DNA from: Microgenomates group bacterium GW2011_GWF2_46_18
GTDB taxonomy: Bacteria > Patescibacteriota > Microgenomatia > UBA1400 > UBA12108
Reading direction: 5' to 3'
DNA: 64,000 bases
Assembly: GCA_001002415.1 (NCBI GenBank)
Contig: LCMB01000003.1
Location: forward strand, 12,489 to 76,488
Shown: positions 1-9,402 of the stretch, in pieces
How the letters are laid out: every line of letters begins with the position of its first letter
Position numbering within the stretch: the first letter of the stretch is position 1
The notes under the pieces: model-generated
What the model was told of the DNA's origin: nothing
Seen by the model: only the letters and a program-made list of their open reading frames with translations
Database searches by the model: none
Made by a program: the position numbers and the translations under genes

Positions 1-1363
1 AATTATCTTACCCTATACCCTAAAGGGTGATGGTAAAACTGAAAGAGAATATCTCCAGTTTGAAGACGGAACAGAACTTTGGGTAGGAGAGTTAACCGGT
101 AAAGCTATTCTTGATGCCAAAGCCAAACAAGAAATATATTCTCGGGGAGCACTTTTGACCATTCCTGAAGAAATTCTGAAAGAATTTCCTCTTGCTCTAG
201 TTCCTCCCCAAATAGAAGCTCAAGTTGGACTAAATCCCTCTCTTTCTAATTCCTCCGCCCCCGCCGAAACATCTCCCGACCCAGCTATTTTACCCGACAC
301 TGAGCCTAAGGATATCAATCCCTTCGGACTCGAAAATATTCCGCTTGCCAATGCCAGCCAACTCACTCTTTCCCCTTCTCAGCTCGACAATCTCAAGGTT
401 ACTCTTCGTTATCAAAACCCCAAAGAAGTTATTATTGATCCCGATATTCTTGAATATCACAACGATCGAAGAGCTAATCCACCTCTTCCCGGTGAAACCA
501 ACGATGATTTGACCAATCTCCGTGATGATATTTCTTGTCTCAAAAATACTTGGGCCAATATTCTCGCAGTCTTCGGAAAAAATATCGATCGCCCGGACAT
601 GATCAAAGTAAAAGGCCCCATCCCCGAGATGTTTATCGATCAAATCCAGATCGATGGCAGCCAAGTCATTATTTCCGGACGCACCAAAAACCAGGAGAGT
701 GTGGTTAGCTTTAGTGTTTCCCGCAAAAAATTTGCCCGGCTCCTGCGTGATCCTAATACTGTTCTTGACGCTCAACTTACAGACGGCAGTTCAAACTCTA
801 CCCTTAAAAATATGATCATTGATTTAATTGGTGAAAACAAACCTTTCCCCCGAGCTTTTACGGTCTCAAACGAATGGTTGACTAGTCTTGCCGCTCTCGG
901 CGAACCTTCGCAAGCAGCCAACTCCGCCAGTCTTACCAGCCATTCGGCTGGATATCTTCTCGATGCCCAGTTAAATAATGCTCTATATGCGTATCTCCCC
1001 AACGGCATTCCCATCACCGTCAAAGGAATTGCCATTTATGGTAATCAAGGTTATTATCTCGCTAGCTTTGACCGTTTAGATGCCTTTACCGGTCTTGATA
1101 TTCGCACTAATACCGAAAGTATGCGCGATTTCGCTCTTCAACATGGTTTAATCACTTATTATTCTGACACTCTCTATCTTTTGATTCCCCTCAACTCCGC
1201 TGTTCTAGAAGACATGAGCCAAACTACTTCACACCCCATCCCCCTTGCCCGAAAGCTAAAACAAGAAAGAGAGACCCTCAACCGCGTTAACCCCGCTCAA
1301 AGCTTTCAAAGTCTAGACCGTCGCGCCCGTCAAATGGCCAAAAATCAGCGACAACAAGTATAA
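1..1363 (+). CDS. Hypothetical protein, 5'-truncated by the window edge
   Basis: Frame of ORF 155..1363 stays open back to position 2; no recognisable motif. Confidence 0.7.
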   Translation, partial: IILPYTLKGDGKTEREYLQFEDGTELWVGELTGKAILDAKAKQEIYSRGALLTIPEEILKEFPLALVPPQIEAQVGLNPSLSNSSAPAETSPDPAILPDTEPKDINPFGLENIPLANASQLTLSPSQLDNLKVTLRYQNPKEVIIDPDILEYHNDRRANPPLPGETNDDLTNLRDDISCLKNTWANILAVFGKNIDRPDMIKVKGPIPEMFIDQIQIDGSQVIISGRTKNQESVVSFSVSRKKFARLLRDPNTVLDAQLTDGSSNSTLKNMIIDLIGENKPFPRAFTVSNEWLTSLAALGEPSQAANSASLTSHSAGYLLDAQLNNALYAYLPNGIPITVKGIAIYGNQGYYLASFDRLDAFTGLDIRTNTESMRDFALQHGLITYYSDTLYLLIPLNSAVLEDMSQTTSHPIPLARKLKQERETLNRVNPAQSFQSLDRRARQMAKNQRQQV

Positions 1364-1371
1364 TAATCTCC

Positions 1372-2172
1372 ATGCACTCTCTATTTTTCTTTGGCTCCGA
1401 CCAATATAGTCAAACTGTTCTTAACTATCTTCAAAACCACTCTGATCTAGCTATCACCCACCGCACCAATCTGACTTCTCTCCCACCAATTACTCCCGAT
1501 ACCCTTGGATTATCCGCCTCCTTCCCTCATCTTTTTCCTCCCGAACTCATCGACTCTTTCCAGGGAAAACTCTACAACCTCCACCCCTCTCTCCTGCCCC
1601 AATATCGTAACGTGGCCCCCGTCCCCTACGCCATCGCCATGGGGGACAAAGTGACCGGCATCACTCTCCAGCAAATTGACGCCAAAATTGATCACGGCCC
1701 CATTCTCGCGCAACAACAAGAACCCATTCTTCCCACTGACACTACTCCCCTGCTCCTTCACCGTCTCTTTACCCTCGGCGCCCAACTTTTCCTCGATTAT
1801 TTGGAGGGTGCAGAAGTGCTTTACAATCAAAACCCCAATCAACCCCTAATCTTTACCCACAAACTCACCACCGAATCCGGTCACCTTGAGTGGGCAGTAT
1901 TCCGCAAACTCCAGAACCACCAACCTGTTTTTGTCGAAGAAACCGCCAACCCTCTTTTAAAACTTCGACTTACCCGTAATCCTCAGGGTAACCTCCTTCA
2001 TGATCTCACCCGCGCTCTAAACGGGTACGAAAAGGTCTGGACGATTGCCCCGACCCGTAAGGGCGAGCTCCGCCTCACCATCGAATCCGTTCTTCCCAAC
2101 TTGACGATCAAACTCGCTGGCAAACCCAAACCAATCAGTTATAATGACTTTGTTAAATACTATTTGGAGTAA
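1372..2172 (+). CDS. fmt: Methionyl-tRNA formyltransferase
   Basis: NLHPSLLPQYR-x-x-AP, GDKVTGITL, DHGPILAQ formyltransferase motifs. Confidence 0.88.
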   Translation: MHSLFFFGSDQYSQTVLNYLQNHSDLAITHRTNLTSLPPITPDTLGLSASFPHLFPPELIDSFQGKLYNLHPSLLPQYRNVAPVPYAIAMGDKVTGITLQQIDAKIDHGPILAQQQEPILPTDTTPLLLHRLFTLGAQLFLDYLEGAEVLYNQNPNQPLIFTHKLTTESGHLEWAVFRKLQNHQPVFVEETANPLLKLRLTRNPQGNLLHDLTRALNGYEKVWTIAPTRKGELRLTIESVLPNLTIKLAGKPKPISYNDFVKYYLE

Positions 2173-2175
2173 ACT

Positions 2176-2421
2176 ATGGGAGAAAGACATCAACCAATCG
2201 ATCCAGTAACTCAAGCAGTTATTGATTTACATGAGGGAAAATCAAAAGGTGGCATTCGCGGTTTTTTTAAACGAGTTTTTAGAGCTCAAAGACAACTTGG
2301 ACTAATCGAAAACACTAATCCCATCGATGTAGTCACAACTCCTCCCGAAATAGCTACTGATATAAATACTTTTGAACCCAAAAAAGACGGCAAACAACCT
2401 CCTGCGCCACCCGCCGAATAA
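2176..2421 (+). CDS. Hypothetical protein
   Basis: 81-aa ORF directly after fmt with GGAG upstream. Confidence 0.6.
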   Translation: MGERHQPIDPVTQAVIDLHEGKSKGGIRGFFKRVFRAQRQLGLIENTNPIDVVTTPPEIATDINTFEPKKDGKQPPAPPAE

Positions 2422-2468
2422 CCCCCTACCTCCCCCACCCCTCTTGACTCCAAGCTTATAATAATTCC

Positions 2469-3212
2469 ATGCTAGACTTACTCCGGAGGCCCGAAGTTAC
2501 TCAGGCTCATTTCTTTTACGATCGTCACATTACCACCACCAAAGGTGTAGAAGCGGGATATATACAAATCTCCAATACCCTCCTGGCTCTCAATCTCTCC
2601 ACTCTTATTCAGCTCGCCGAAAACAAAGATCTTCTTGCCGAGCTTAATTTATCCAAATTACAACAAGACTCACTCACCTCTGCTATCTGGCAACATCAAC
2701 ACCAATATTGGCAGAGACATATTTATCCTGATCGCTCCAGTTCTAACCCCGATGATCTAGCCGAACAATTAATCTCTCTTAACTCCGGTGCCAAGAAAAC
2801 CGTTGATCGTTTACCCATCACCTCGCTCACTTTCCCAGCTAATCTCTCCCCCACCCAAGAATTACAATCACGCCAAGATATTCTCGCTCCTGTCATAACT
2901 ACACTCTTTACTTCCGTCCAAATCGGCTGGGGATTAAAACGACCGCCCCTCAATGCAACACTTCGTGAATCCGCTCAACATCTCGTTAATGACAGATACA
3001 ACCTTACCTATCTACTCGCCGCTTCTCTTCTTCTCGATTCCGATAGTCAACAAACTCTCCAACAATATCTAGATTCTCGTCACTCTCCCCATACAATCAA
3101 CACCTCTCCCGGCCCCTCCCGACTTCACTTTAGAAAGGGCGGTGCAGACGAACAAGCTGGTGGTTTCTCCCCAGACGATTATGGTGACCATCGCGCTGAC
3201 GAAGATTACTAA
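2469..3212 (+). CDS. Hypothetical protein
   Basis: 247-aa ORF; TATAAT 6 nt upstream of ATG. Confidence 0.65.
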   Translation: MLDLLRRPEVTQAHFFYDRHITTTKGVEAGYIQISNTLLALNLSTLIQLAENKDLLAELNLSKLQQDSLTSAIWQHQHQYWQRHIYPDRSSSNPDDLAEQLISLNSGAKKTVDRLPITSLTFPANLSPTQELQSRQDILAPVITTLFTSVQIGWGLKRPPLNATLRESAQHLVNDRYNLTYLLAASLLLDSDSQQTLQQYLDSRHSPHTINTSPGPSRLHFRKGGADEQAGGFSPDDYGDHRADEDY

Positions 3213-3213
3213 C

Positions 3214-5367
3214 CTACCTCCCCCACCTCTCCCTACTCACCCTGATTACTTTGCTCCTATTTTCGTTCCTGCTATTGGGTAGCGGCAAAGTCCTGGCGAC
3301 AAATGCCCTCCCGCTCATCGCATCAATCATCAACCTGACCGCAATCTGGTAATTTTCCAGATTTACCAAATCCTTGTCCGTAAACACCTCGCCAAACTCC
3401 TTCATGATAATCCGAGCATCCTCAGCTCCAATGTTAAAGCTCACAATTGAGCCCGCATTCCCCAAAATGGCCTTTTGCACATCGATCGGAATCTGGGCCA
3501 TATACTGGTTGGCCATCATTAAATTCAGTTTGTACTTTCTGGCTTCTGACAAAATCTTGATAAAACTGGTCGTGGCAAAGTTTTGGAACTCATCAACATA
3601 GAGATAAAAATCCCGCCGATCATTTTCTCCCATCTCGACCCGGTTCATAGCCGCCAACTGGAACTTGGTAATAAGCATCGCCCCGACCAAGGCCGCATTA
3701 TCCTCCCCTAGTTTGCCTTGCGACAAATTGGCAATCAAAATCTTACCCTCGTTCATCACCGCTTCCATATCAATACTGCTGGTTGGCCGCTCAATGATGG
3801 CCCGGATCAACGGCGAGCTCACAAACTGTCCCACTTTGTTTAAAATCGGCGAGATCGACTCCTGCAACATTTTCTCCGGCATCTTATCAAATTCGTTCTC
3901 AAAATAGCGCTTAATCACTGGGTCTTGCAGTTTTGCCTCTACTTCCGCTCGGTAACTCCGATCTGTCAAAAGCCGCGGCACGTCTACCAAAGTGGCTCCC
4001 GGCACTTCGCTCAATGCCAGTAAGGTATTGCGCAAAATATACTCGAGTCTCGGTCCCCACGAATGCCCGTACAGCTTATTAAAAATAGCCACAATGCCAG
4101 ATACCACCAACTCCCGCTGGGCTGGGTCTTTGACCTCCAATATATTCAGCCTGACTGGTCGATCTCGATCGATCGGGTTAAAGTAAATGACGTCATTCAA
4201 CCGAGACGCCGGCACATAATCCAAAATCGTCTCTGACAAATCTCCGTGTGGGTCAATAATCGCCACTCCCCGTCCCTTTTTCATATCATCAATCGCCATA
4301 TTGGCAATTAGGGTACTTTTCCCCGTCCCGGTTTTCCCTATCACCCATAAATGCCGTCTCCGGTCCGTATCTTTAATCCCAAAGATAAGATCTCGATTCT
4401 TAAAAATTGTCCTACCAAAAAAATTAATTTTGGCTTTCTCTTCCTCGGTTTTGCCCTCAGCAATCGGCAGATTTTCCGGCGGTTCAGACAGCACATTCTG
4501 TCCCCACAAAATCATCGGAATCTTGACCTTTTCGCTCGGCAAATGCCACAGGGTTGCCATCTCCGCTACCGCTACCACTCGTTTGCCTCCACCCACTCGA
4601 TTTAGCAGCTTCTTTCGCCAGCCTTCTTTCCCCCACAAAGGCCTAACCAACTTCCAGGCATTCCCATCCGGTTTGGCAAACACGCCAAATACCGCCGCCA
4701 GTTCATTTAACCGCGAACTAGACGTCGCCCCTACCCGGAAATTAACTGCAAATCCACTCTGGGCAATCTTTTCTTCAATCCCCCGCTGGTTAGGCAGACT
4801 CCCCCGCCTCTCTGTGTAGCCTCTCCCATTCGCCTGCTGGCCGCTCACTCCCATGGCTCTTCCTCGGTCTATTGCCCCTCTCCCTGCTCCCTGCCAATCG
4901 TTAGGAGCCTTAGATAGCACCCAGGACAAATACACCACTTCATCGGCACTGACCTTCGACAGAACCGATAGATACGAGTTGATCGGATCCGTCTCCCGAA
5001 AATCCGCCCAAGTTTTCAAAGGATAAAAACTGGCCAAAGCCAACCGTAATTCCCCCACCTCCAATTTGTTCACCAATGAAGGGAGTGGGTCTTCGATCGG
5101 AGTAATCATCGCCAAAGGGTATGTGGACTGGATTTGAGAACTGACAAACTGAGCCAAACTGCTATTGCAACTCACCAAAAATCTGATTTTCTGCTCCCAT
5201 ACCGCTACTTCTAGGGCAATAACCGGCTGGGGCTCGCCCTTGATCCAAATATCAAAGAGTGATTTCTGCAAAATGTTTGGGAAAGTCGACAAAAATGTCG
5301 CCGCTGACTCGGGAGTTACTTCGGTCTCACGAGGAATCGTCACAAGAAGCGTCGTCAGCTTGGGCAT
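3214..5367 (-). CDS. VirB4/TraG/HerA-like P-loop ATPase (type IV secretion coupling protein family)
   Basis: Walker A GKTGTGKS, IIDPHGD, Walker B LYVDEFQNF, LSEARKY, ANQY. Confidence 0.88.
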   Translation of the reverse strand: MPKLTTLLVTIPRETEVTPESAATFLSTFPNILQKSLFDIWIKGEPQPVIALEVAVWEQKIRFLVSCNSSLAQFVSSQIQSTYPLAMITPIEDPLPSLVNKLEVGELRLALASFYPLKTWADFRETDPINSYLSVLSKVSADEVVYLSWVLSKAPNDWQGAGRGAIDRGRAMGVSGQQANGRGYTERRGSLPNQRGIEEKIAQSGFAVNFRVGATSSSRLNELAAVFGVFAKPDGNAWKLVRPLWGKEGWRKKLLNRVGGGKRVVAVAEMATLWHLPSEKVKIPMILWGQNVLSEPPENLPIAEGKTEEEKAKINFFGRTIFKNRDLIFGIKDTDRRRHLWVIGKTGTGKSTLIANMAIDDMKKGRGVAIIDPHGDLSETILDYVPASRLNDVIYFNPIDRDRPVRLNILEVKDPAQRELVVSGIVAIFNKLYGHSWGPRLEYILRNTLLALSEVPGATLVDVPRLLTDRSYRAEVEAKLQDPVIKRYFENEFDKMPEKMLQESISPILNKVGQFVSSPLIRAIIERPTSSIDMEAVMNEGKILIANLSQGKLGEDNAALVGAMLITKFQLAAMNRVEMGENDRRDFYLYVDEFQNFATTSFIKILSEARKYKLNLMMANQYMAQIPIDVQKAILGNAGSIVSFNIGAEDARIIMKEFGEVFTDKDLVNLENYQIAVRLMIDAMSGRAFVARTLPLPNSRNENRSKVIRVSRERWGR

Positions 5368-5383
5368 ATAACTTCAGTATAAC

Positions 5384-5530
5384 CTATCGCAACATCCACA
5401 CCAATCCCGCTATCCCACAACACGCAGTCAAAGCGAAAATACTCAAAAACACCATCTTACGGAATCTGTTTTCATGCTCTATGACTTGTTCAAACGGAAT
5501 CTCACCTGGTAATCTACCAACCTCTGTCAT
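5384..5530 (-). CDS. Small single-pass membrane protein (48 aa)
   Basis: Hand-translated MTEVGRLPGEIPFEQVIEHENRFRKMVFLSIFALTACCGIAGLVWMLR*; fills the gap after rpmB, GGAG upstream. Confidence 0.5.
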   Translation of the reverse strand: MTEVGRLPGEIPFEQVIEHENRFRKMVFLSIFALTACCGIAGLVWMLR

Positions 5531-5532
5531 AT

Positions 5533-5733
5533 TTACTCTCCCTTAGCGGGCAGAGCCATCTTCACTTTACGCAGACACTTGGTACATAGCATCAGTCTCA
5601 GCTTACTTTCCCCGATCTGCATCCGGTGGGCGTGCAAATTGGGTTTGCGGATCCGTTGAGACCTATTCTTGGCATGACTCACGCTATGCCCCACATCCTG
5701 TCCCTTGTCACACAATGCACATTTATTTGCCAT
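5533..5733 (-). CDS. rpmB: 50S ribosomal protein L28
   Basis: MANKCALCDK..GHSVSHAKNRSQRIRKPNLH...CTKCLR. Confidence 0.93.
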   Translation of the reverse strand: MANKCALCDKGQDVGHSVSHAKNRSQRIRKPNLHAHRMQIGESKLRLMLCTKCLRKVKMALPAKGE

Positions 5734-5756
5734 AGGGGTGTATTCTAGCAAAACAT

Positions 5757-6005
5757 CTAGTTTTGCGCTACTCTGCATTTGTAATCTCGGCATTCTTTTT
5801 GACCTTCCACATTATTTACCTCATTACAAATCCACTCAGTCGCCCCGCTTCCAGTCTCTGCCCCAGGTTCCGCAGTTTTATCTAAAAATAGCCTTTCCCT
5901 AGCAAACTGCCCTTGTGCCGCACAAGCTCCGTCTTTCAAGCTGCAATGCAAACAAAATCCGGATTTCCATTCAACACCTATGGGAGTTGGCATATCACCT
6001 CTCAC
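5757..6005 (-). CDS. Hypothetical Cys-rich protein
   Basis: Start overlaps the stop of the upstream gene; CLHC motif. Confidence 0.45.
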   Translation of the reverse strand: MRGDMPTPIGVEWKSGFCLHCSLKDGACAAQGQFARERLFLDKTAEPGAETGSGATEWICNEVNNVEGQKECRDYKCRVAQN

Positions 6006-6604
6006 GCACTCACACTGCCGCGGTTACGGAAAATGAGCGAAGCTCCAATCACCAACCCCACAATTACCAAGACAATTACCAGTAGCGATGTTAATATCTT
6101 CCCAATCACGGTTCCTGCCGTTGTTCCCGCAGTACTCGTGCTAGATTGAACCGTCACACCCTTACTCTCAGTTGTAGTCGAGGGAGTAGTTGTGGCAGTA
6201 GGAGCCACTGTTACTGATTTATCAAAATTAAATACACTCAGTGATCCCGTCAAAACAATCCTGTCACTAGGGCGGCGAACCAAACTATCTTTCTCAGCCG
6301 TAATCACCATCTCGTTAAACGGGCTCGCAATATTACCCGAGAAATATCCTCGATCTACCTCGGCTATCCGGATCATCTCGCCTCTGACACTAGTCTTGCC
6401 CCACAATACATATCGGTTATAAGTCGTTTCGTAAGGATAAACCAACCCGTCACATCGGCCAGATACCCGGTAATATCCGTCTTGATAGAGGGATACTCCC
6501 TTGCACGACACCTGAGAACTGGTCAAATCCACACTTCCCTCATGGGCAGCTGCACTCCCCGCCAAAACAAACCACAAAGCTGCAAACACCAAAAACTTCT
6601 TCAT
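6002..6604 (-). CDS. Secreted, C-terminally membrane-anchored protein
   Basis: Signal peptide (AAA|HE), Thr-rich linker, C-terminal TM helix with basic tail. Confidence 0.75.
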   Translation of the reverse strand: MKKFLVFAALWFVLAGSAAAHEGSVDLTSSQVSCKGVSLYQDGYYRVSGRCDGLVYPYETTYNRYVLWGKTSVRGEMIRIAEVDRGYFSGNIASPFNEMVITAEKDSLVRRPSDRIVLTGSLSVFNFDKSVTVAPTATTTPSTTTESKGVTVQSSTSTAGTTAGTVIGKILTSLLVIVLVIVGLVIGASLIFRNRGSVSA

Positions 6605-6673
6605 ACAGCCTATAATTTACCAAAAACTACCCAAAAAGTCAAGATCACCCCCCGATCGCGTAAAATACTCCTT

Positions 6674-7726
6674 ATGTCACTCTCACTTCACGATTTCCAG
6701 TACTATCTCCCAGAAAAGCTGATTGCTCAGTCTCCTGCCCATCCCCGTGACTCAGCCCGCCTCCTTTTGCTCAACCGCCAGACCCATACAATCTCCCACC
6801 ACCGTATTTCTGACCTCCCTAACCTTCTCCCTCCCAGCTATGATCTGGTAGTCAACAACACCAAAGTCTTCCCAGCCAGGTTGCTCGGCCATAAAGCTAC
6901 CGGCGGAGCCGTTGAAATCTTGCTCCTCCACAAACTGTCTTCCGCTCGTTACCACGTGATCACTCGTCCCGGGCTCAAGGTTGATCAAACCATTATTCTC
7001 TCCCCCACCCTTTCTGCCCGCGTGACCCATGTCGCAGGCCGCATTCGTACCCTTATTTTCTCTCAAACGGACCCCACTCTGACCGAGTCTCTTGCTCAAC
7101 TCGGGTCCATGCCCACTCCCCCGTACATTAAACGTCTGCTTAAGGATCCAGCCGATTATCAGACCGTTTATGCTAAATATGGCTTTTCCGCTGCCGCCCC
7201 GACCGCCGGCCTCCACTTTACCCCCCATTTAATCCACACTATAAAACAAGCCCATGCCTGGCACGAACTCACCCTCAATGTGGGCTTAGGTACCTTCCTC
7301 CCGGTCAAAGCCGAGAAAATTACCGACCACCTCATGCACGCCGAAAGTTATACTCTCTCTCCCTCGACCTCCCTCGCTTTGACCCATCTTGTGCACTCCT
7401 CTCGCCGTCTCTTGGCGGTCGGGACCACCACCGTCCGTGCCCTCGAATCCAACCTAGCCAATCACCCTTCTTTTACCCCAGGCACATTCTCTACTTCCAT
7501 TTTTATGTATCCCCCCTACCGTTTCCGCGCCACCGACGCTCTCCTTACCAACTTTCACCTGCCTGGCTCGACCCTGCTTATGCTGGTCTCTGCTTTTGTG
7601 AGCGCTCCTAATACAAAGGACCCTTTTACCACCTTTGCCGCTTCCCTCCTGGGGAAAGCCTACGCTGAAGCTGTCCAGGAAGGTTATCGTTTCTTTAGTT
7701 TTGGCGATGCCATGCTGATTCTGTAA
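6674..7726 (+). CDS. queA: S-adenosylmethionine:tRNA ribosyltransferase-isomerase
   Basis: LPEKLIAQ, NNTKVFPARL, AAPTAGLHFT, GTTTVRALES, TNFHLP, YRFFSFGDAMLI. Confidence 0.96.
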   Translation: MSLSLHDFQYYLPEKLIAQSPAHPRDSARLLLLNRQTHTISHHRISDLPNLLPPSYDLVVNNTKVFPARLLGHKATGGAVEILLLHKLSSARYHVITRPGLKVDQTIILSPTLSARVTHVAGRIRTLIFSQTDPTLTESLAQLGSMPTPPYIKRLLKDPADYQTVYAKYGFSAAAPTAGLHFTPHLIHTIKQAHAWHELTLNVGLGTFLPVKAEKITDHLMHAESYTLSPSTSLALTHLVHSSRRLLAVGTTTVRALESNLANHPSFTPGTFSTSIFMYPPYRFRATDALLTNFHLPGSTLLMLVSAFVSAPNTKDPFTTFAASLLGKAYAEAVQEGYRFFSFGDAMLIL

Positions 7727-7732
7727 GGTATA

Positions 7733-8356
7733 ATGATCCCCATGCTCGCTACCCTTTTTTCTAACCCCATCCTCTTTCTCTTTTGGATGATCGCGCTTGT
7801 TGCTACCATTTCCATCCATGAGTATGCTCATGCACGTATGGCCGACCGCCTTGGCGATCCCACCCCCCGCGCCATGGGGCGCCTCACCCTAAACCCCAAA
7901 GCTCATCTTGACCCCCTAGGTACCCTTGCCCTGCTTTTGATTGGTTTCGGCTGGGGCAAGCCTGTTCCTTTTGACCCCTACAATCTCCGCTCTCCCCGCC
8001 GAGATAGTGCCCTGATCGCGCTCGCCGGCCCCGCATCCAATCTTCTTTTTGCCTTTGTTTTATCGATGTTAATCAGATTTGTCCCTCTCACCTATCTGCT
8101 TACATCGCTCATCTCCATCCTTGTCTCACTCAACATCATGTTGGCAATCTTTAATCTAGTTCCCGTCTTCCCCCTCGATGGTGAAAAAATTCTCTCCGGT
8201 TTTCTCCCGGCTGGTCTCGCCCAAGAATACAGCAACATCATGCGTCAGTATGGAACTTTAATTCTGATCTTTCTCCTGCTTCCCTTAGGTGGAACTTCCC
8301 CCATCTCGGCCCTCATCTCTCCCGTGATCGGCTGGATCACTCAATTATTACTATAA
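7733..8356 (+). CDS. Site-2 protease (M50 family)
   Basis: HEYAH, AGPASN, FNLVPVFPLDG. Confidence 0.92.
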   Translation: MIPMLATLFSNPILFLFWMIALVATISIHEYAHARMADRLGDPTPRAMGRLTLNPKAHLDPLGTLALLLIGFGWGKPVPFDPYNLRSPRRDSALIALAGPASNLLFAFVLSMLIRFVPLTYLLTSLISILVSLNIMLAIFNLVPVFPLDGEKILSGFLPAGLAQEYSNIMRQYGTLILIFLLLPLGGTSPISALISPVIGWITQLLL

Positions 8357-8360
8357 ATTT

Positions 8361-8657
8361 ATGCCCGACCACGAAGTAACAACCCCCTCACTTTTTCCCG
8401 AATGTACTAATTGTCACCTGGTTAACGATTTACTCACCAAACTCCTTTTGGCGCAAACTAACCCCCGAACCCCATTTTCTCTCATCTCCCTCCAAATGCT
8501 CTGCTACCCGATCGGTGACAAAGGAATGGCCATGATTTGGCTTGCCAATACAAAAAGGGAATACACCCAACGCACTCTAGAAGTCCTTATGGGTCCGCAT
8601 CCAGAAGATCTAAAAATTATTTCTTGTCCAGGATTATCCGCCACAAACCACCCTTAA
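8361..8657 (+). CDS. Hypothetical protein
   Basis: 98-aa ORF with CxxC. Confidence 0.5.
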   Translation: MPDHEVTTPSLFPECTNCHLVNDLLTKLLLAQTNPRTPFSLISLQMLCYPIGDKGMAMIWLANTKREYTQRTLEVLMGPHPEDLKIISCPGLSATNHP

Positions 8658-8658
8658 C

Positions 8659-8889
8659 CTAATTCCCCCCCACTCCTGAGACAACTCTCCCCATCACCCA
8701 TTGACCATTTGGTAAAAGCAAACTTTCCCTCCACCCACCCCCAAAATCTGGCATTACTTCAACTGCCACTATCTCATACAGACGGCCACCCACCTCAACC
8801 GATCCGTAGGGTTTGCCATCCGAACCCACCTCATAAACAACTCCTGATCTCTTAAACCATTCTTGTACCAACTCGGCTGAGCCTGTCAT
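8659..8889 (-). CDS. Hypothetical protein
   Basis: 76-aa ORF convergent with the previous gene. Confidence 0.5.
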   Translation of the reverse strand: MTGSAELVQEWFKRSGVVYEVGSDGKPYGSVEVGGRLYEIVAVEVMPDFGGGWRESLLLPNGQWVMGRVVSGVGGN

Positions 8890-8958
8890 ACCCCTATTTT
8901 ACTCCCCCACTTCAATCCTCACGACTTTTCTCCTCGCTTGGGGTAAAATAGGGAATGT

Positions 8959-9012
8959 AGGGTCGTCGTTCAGCGGTAGCCCCGCTGCTCACGAACAGCG
9001 GGGTCCAAAACC
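8959..9012 (+). pseudogene. Duplicated 5' fragment of tRNA-Trp interrupted by a hairpin
   Basis: AGGGTCGTCGTTCAGCGGTAG is identical to 9269-9289; then hairpin CCCGCTG-ctcacgaa-CAGCGGG; then TCCAAAACC (anticodon region). Confidence 0.8.
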
Positions 9013-9015
9013 GAA

Positions 9016-9261
9016 ATGTATTACGTATACATCCTAGAAGATCGAAACAACAAACTTTACATTGGTTATTCTTCCGATCTTAAAAAGAGACTCATCTCGC
9101 ATGCATCCGGAACTACTTACACCACTAAAAGGATGAACCAACCTCAGTTAGTTTATTACGAAGCTTACTCAACGGAACAACTAGCCAGAAATCGAGAATC
9201 CAAGCTAAAACAGTTCGGTTCGAGTTACGCGGGACTTTTAAAACGTCTTGGGTTAAAATAA
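9016..9261 (+). CDS. Small GIY-YIG nuclease (UPF0213/YhbQ-like)
   Basis: YYVYIL...LYIGYSSDLKKRL..H...LVYYE....A..RE..LK. Confidence 0.92.
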   Translation: MYYVYILEDRNNKLYIGYSSDLKKRLISHASGTTYTTKRMNQPQLVYYEAYSTEQLARNRESKLKQFGSSYAGLLKRLGLK

Positions 9262-9268
9262 GGGGCAT

Positions 9269-9339
9269 AGGGTCGTCGTTCAGCGGTAGGACAGAGGTCT
9301 CCAAAACCTCTAACGAAGGTTCGATTCCTTCCGACCCTG
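9269..9339 (+). tRNA. tRNA-Trp(CCA)
   Basis: Acceptor AGGGTCG/CGACCCT, anticodon arm GAGGT-ctCCAaa-ACCTC, T loop GGTTCGATTCC. Confidence 0.95.
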
Positions 9340-9377
9340 CCCACAATGCTTGAGCATAGCGATGCAGGCGGGCCTGC
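9336..9377. repeat. REP-like palindrome at the tRNA 3' end, bounded by a CCTGC duplication
   Basis: CCTGC-ccacaATGCTtgAGCATagcgatgcaggcggg-CCTGC. Confidence 0.6.
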
Positions 9378-9402
9378 AGTAATATATTTTGATATATTCA
9401 AT
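9373..9402 (+). repeat. Cassette junction R0 (core only; the left arm is the tRNA 3' end)
   Basis: CCTGCAGTAATATATTTTGATATATTCAA, identical to the R1 core. Confidence 0.85.

Noticed and set aside
3214-5367. Conjugative element or ICE
   Set aside because: A lone VirB4/TraG-like ATPase among housekeeping genes, with no relaxase, integrase or other T4SS genes
9125-9346. ORF antisense to tRNA-Trp (MWAGSEGIEP...)
   Set aside because: It is the typical translation of a tRNA reverse complement; 20643..21092, 22793..23047 and 41356..41808 likewise overlap tRNAs
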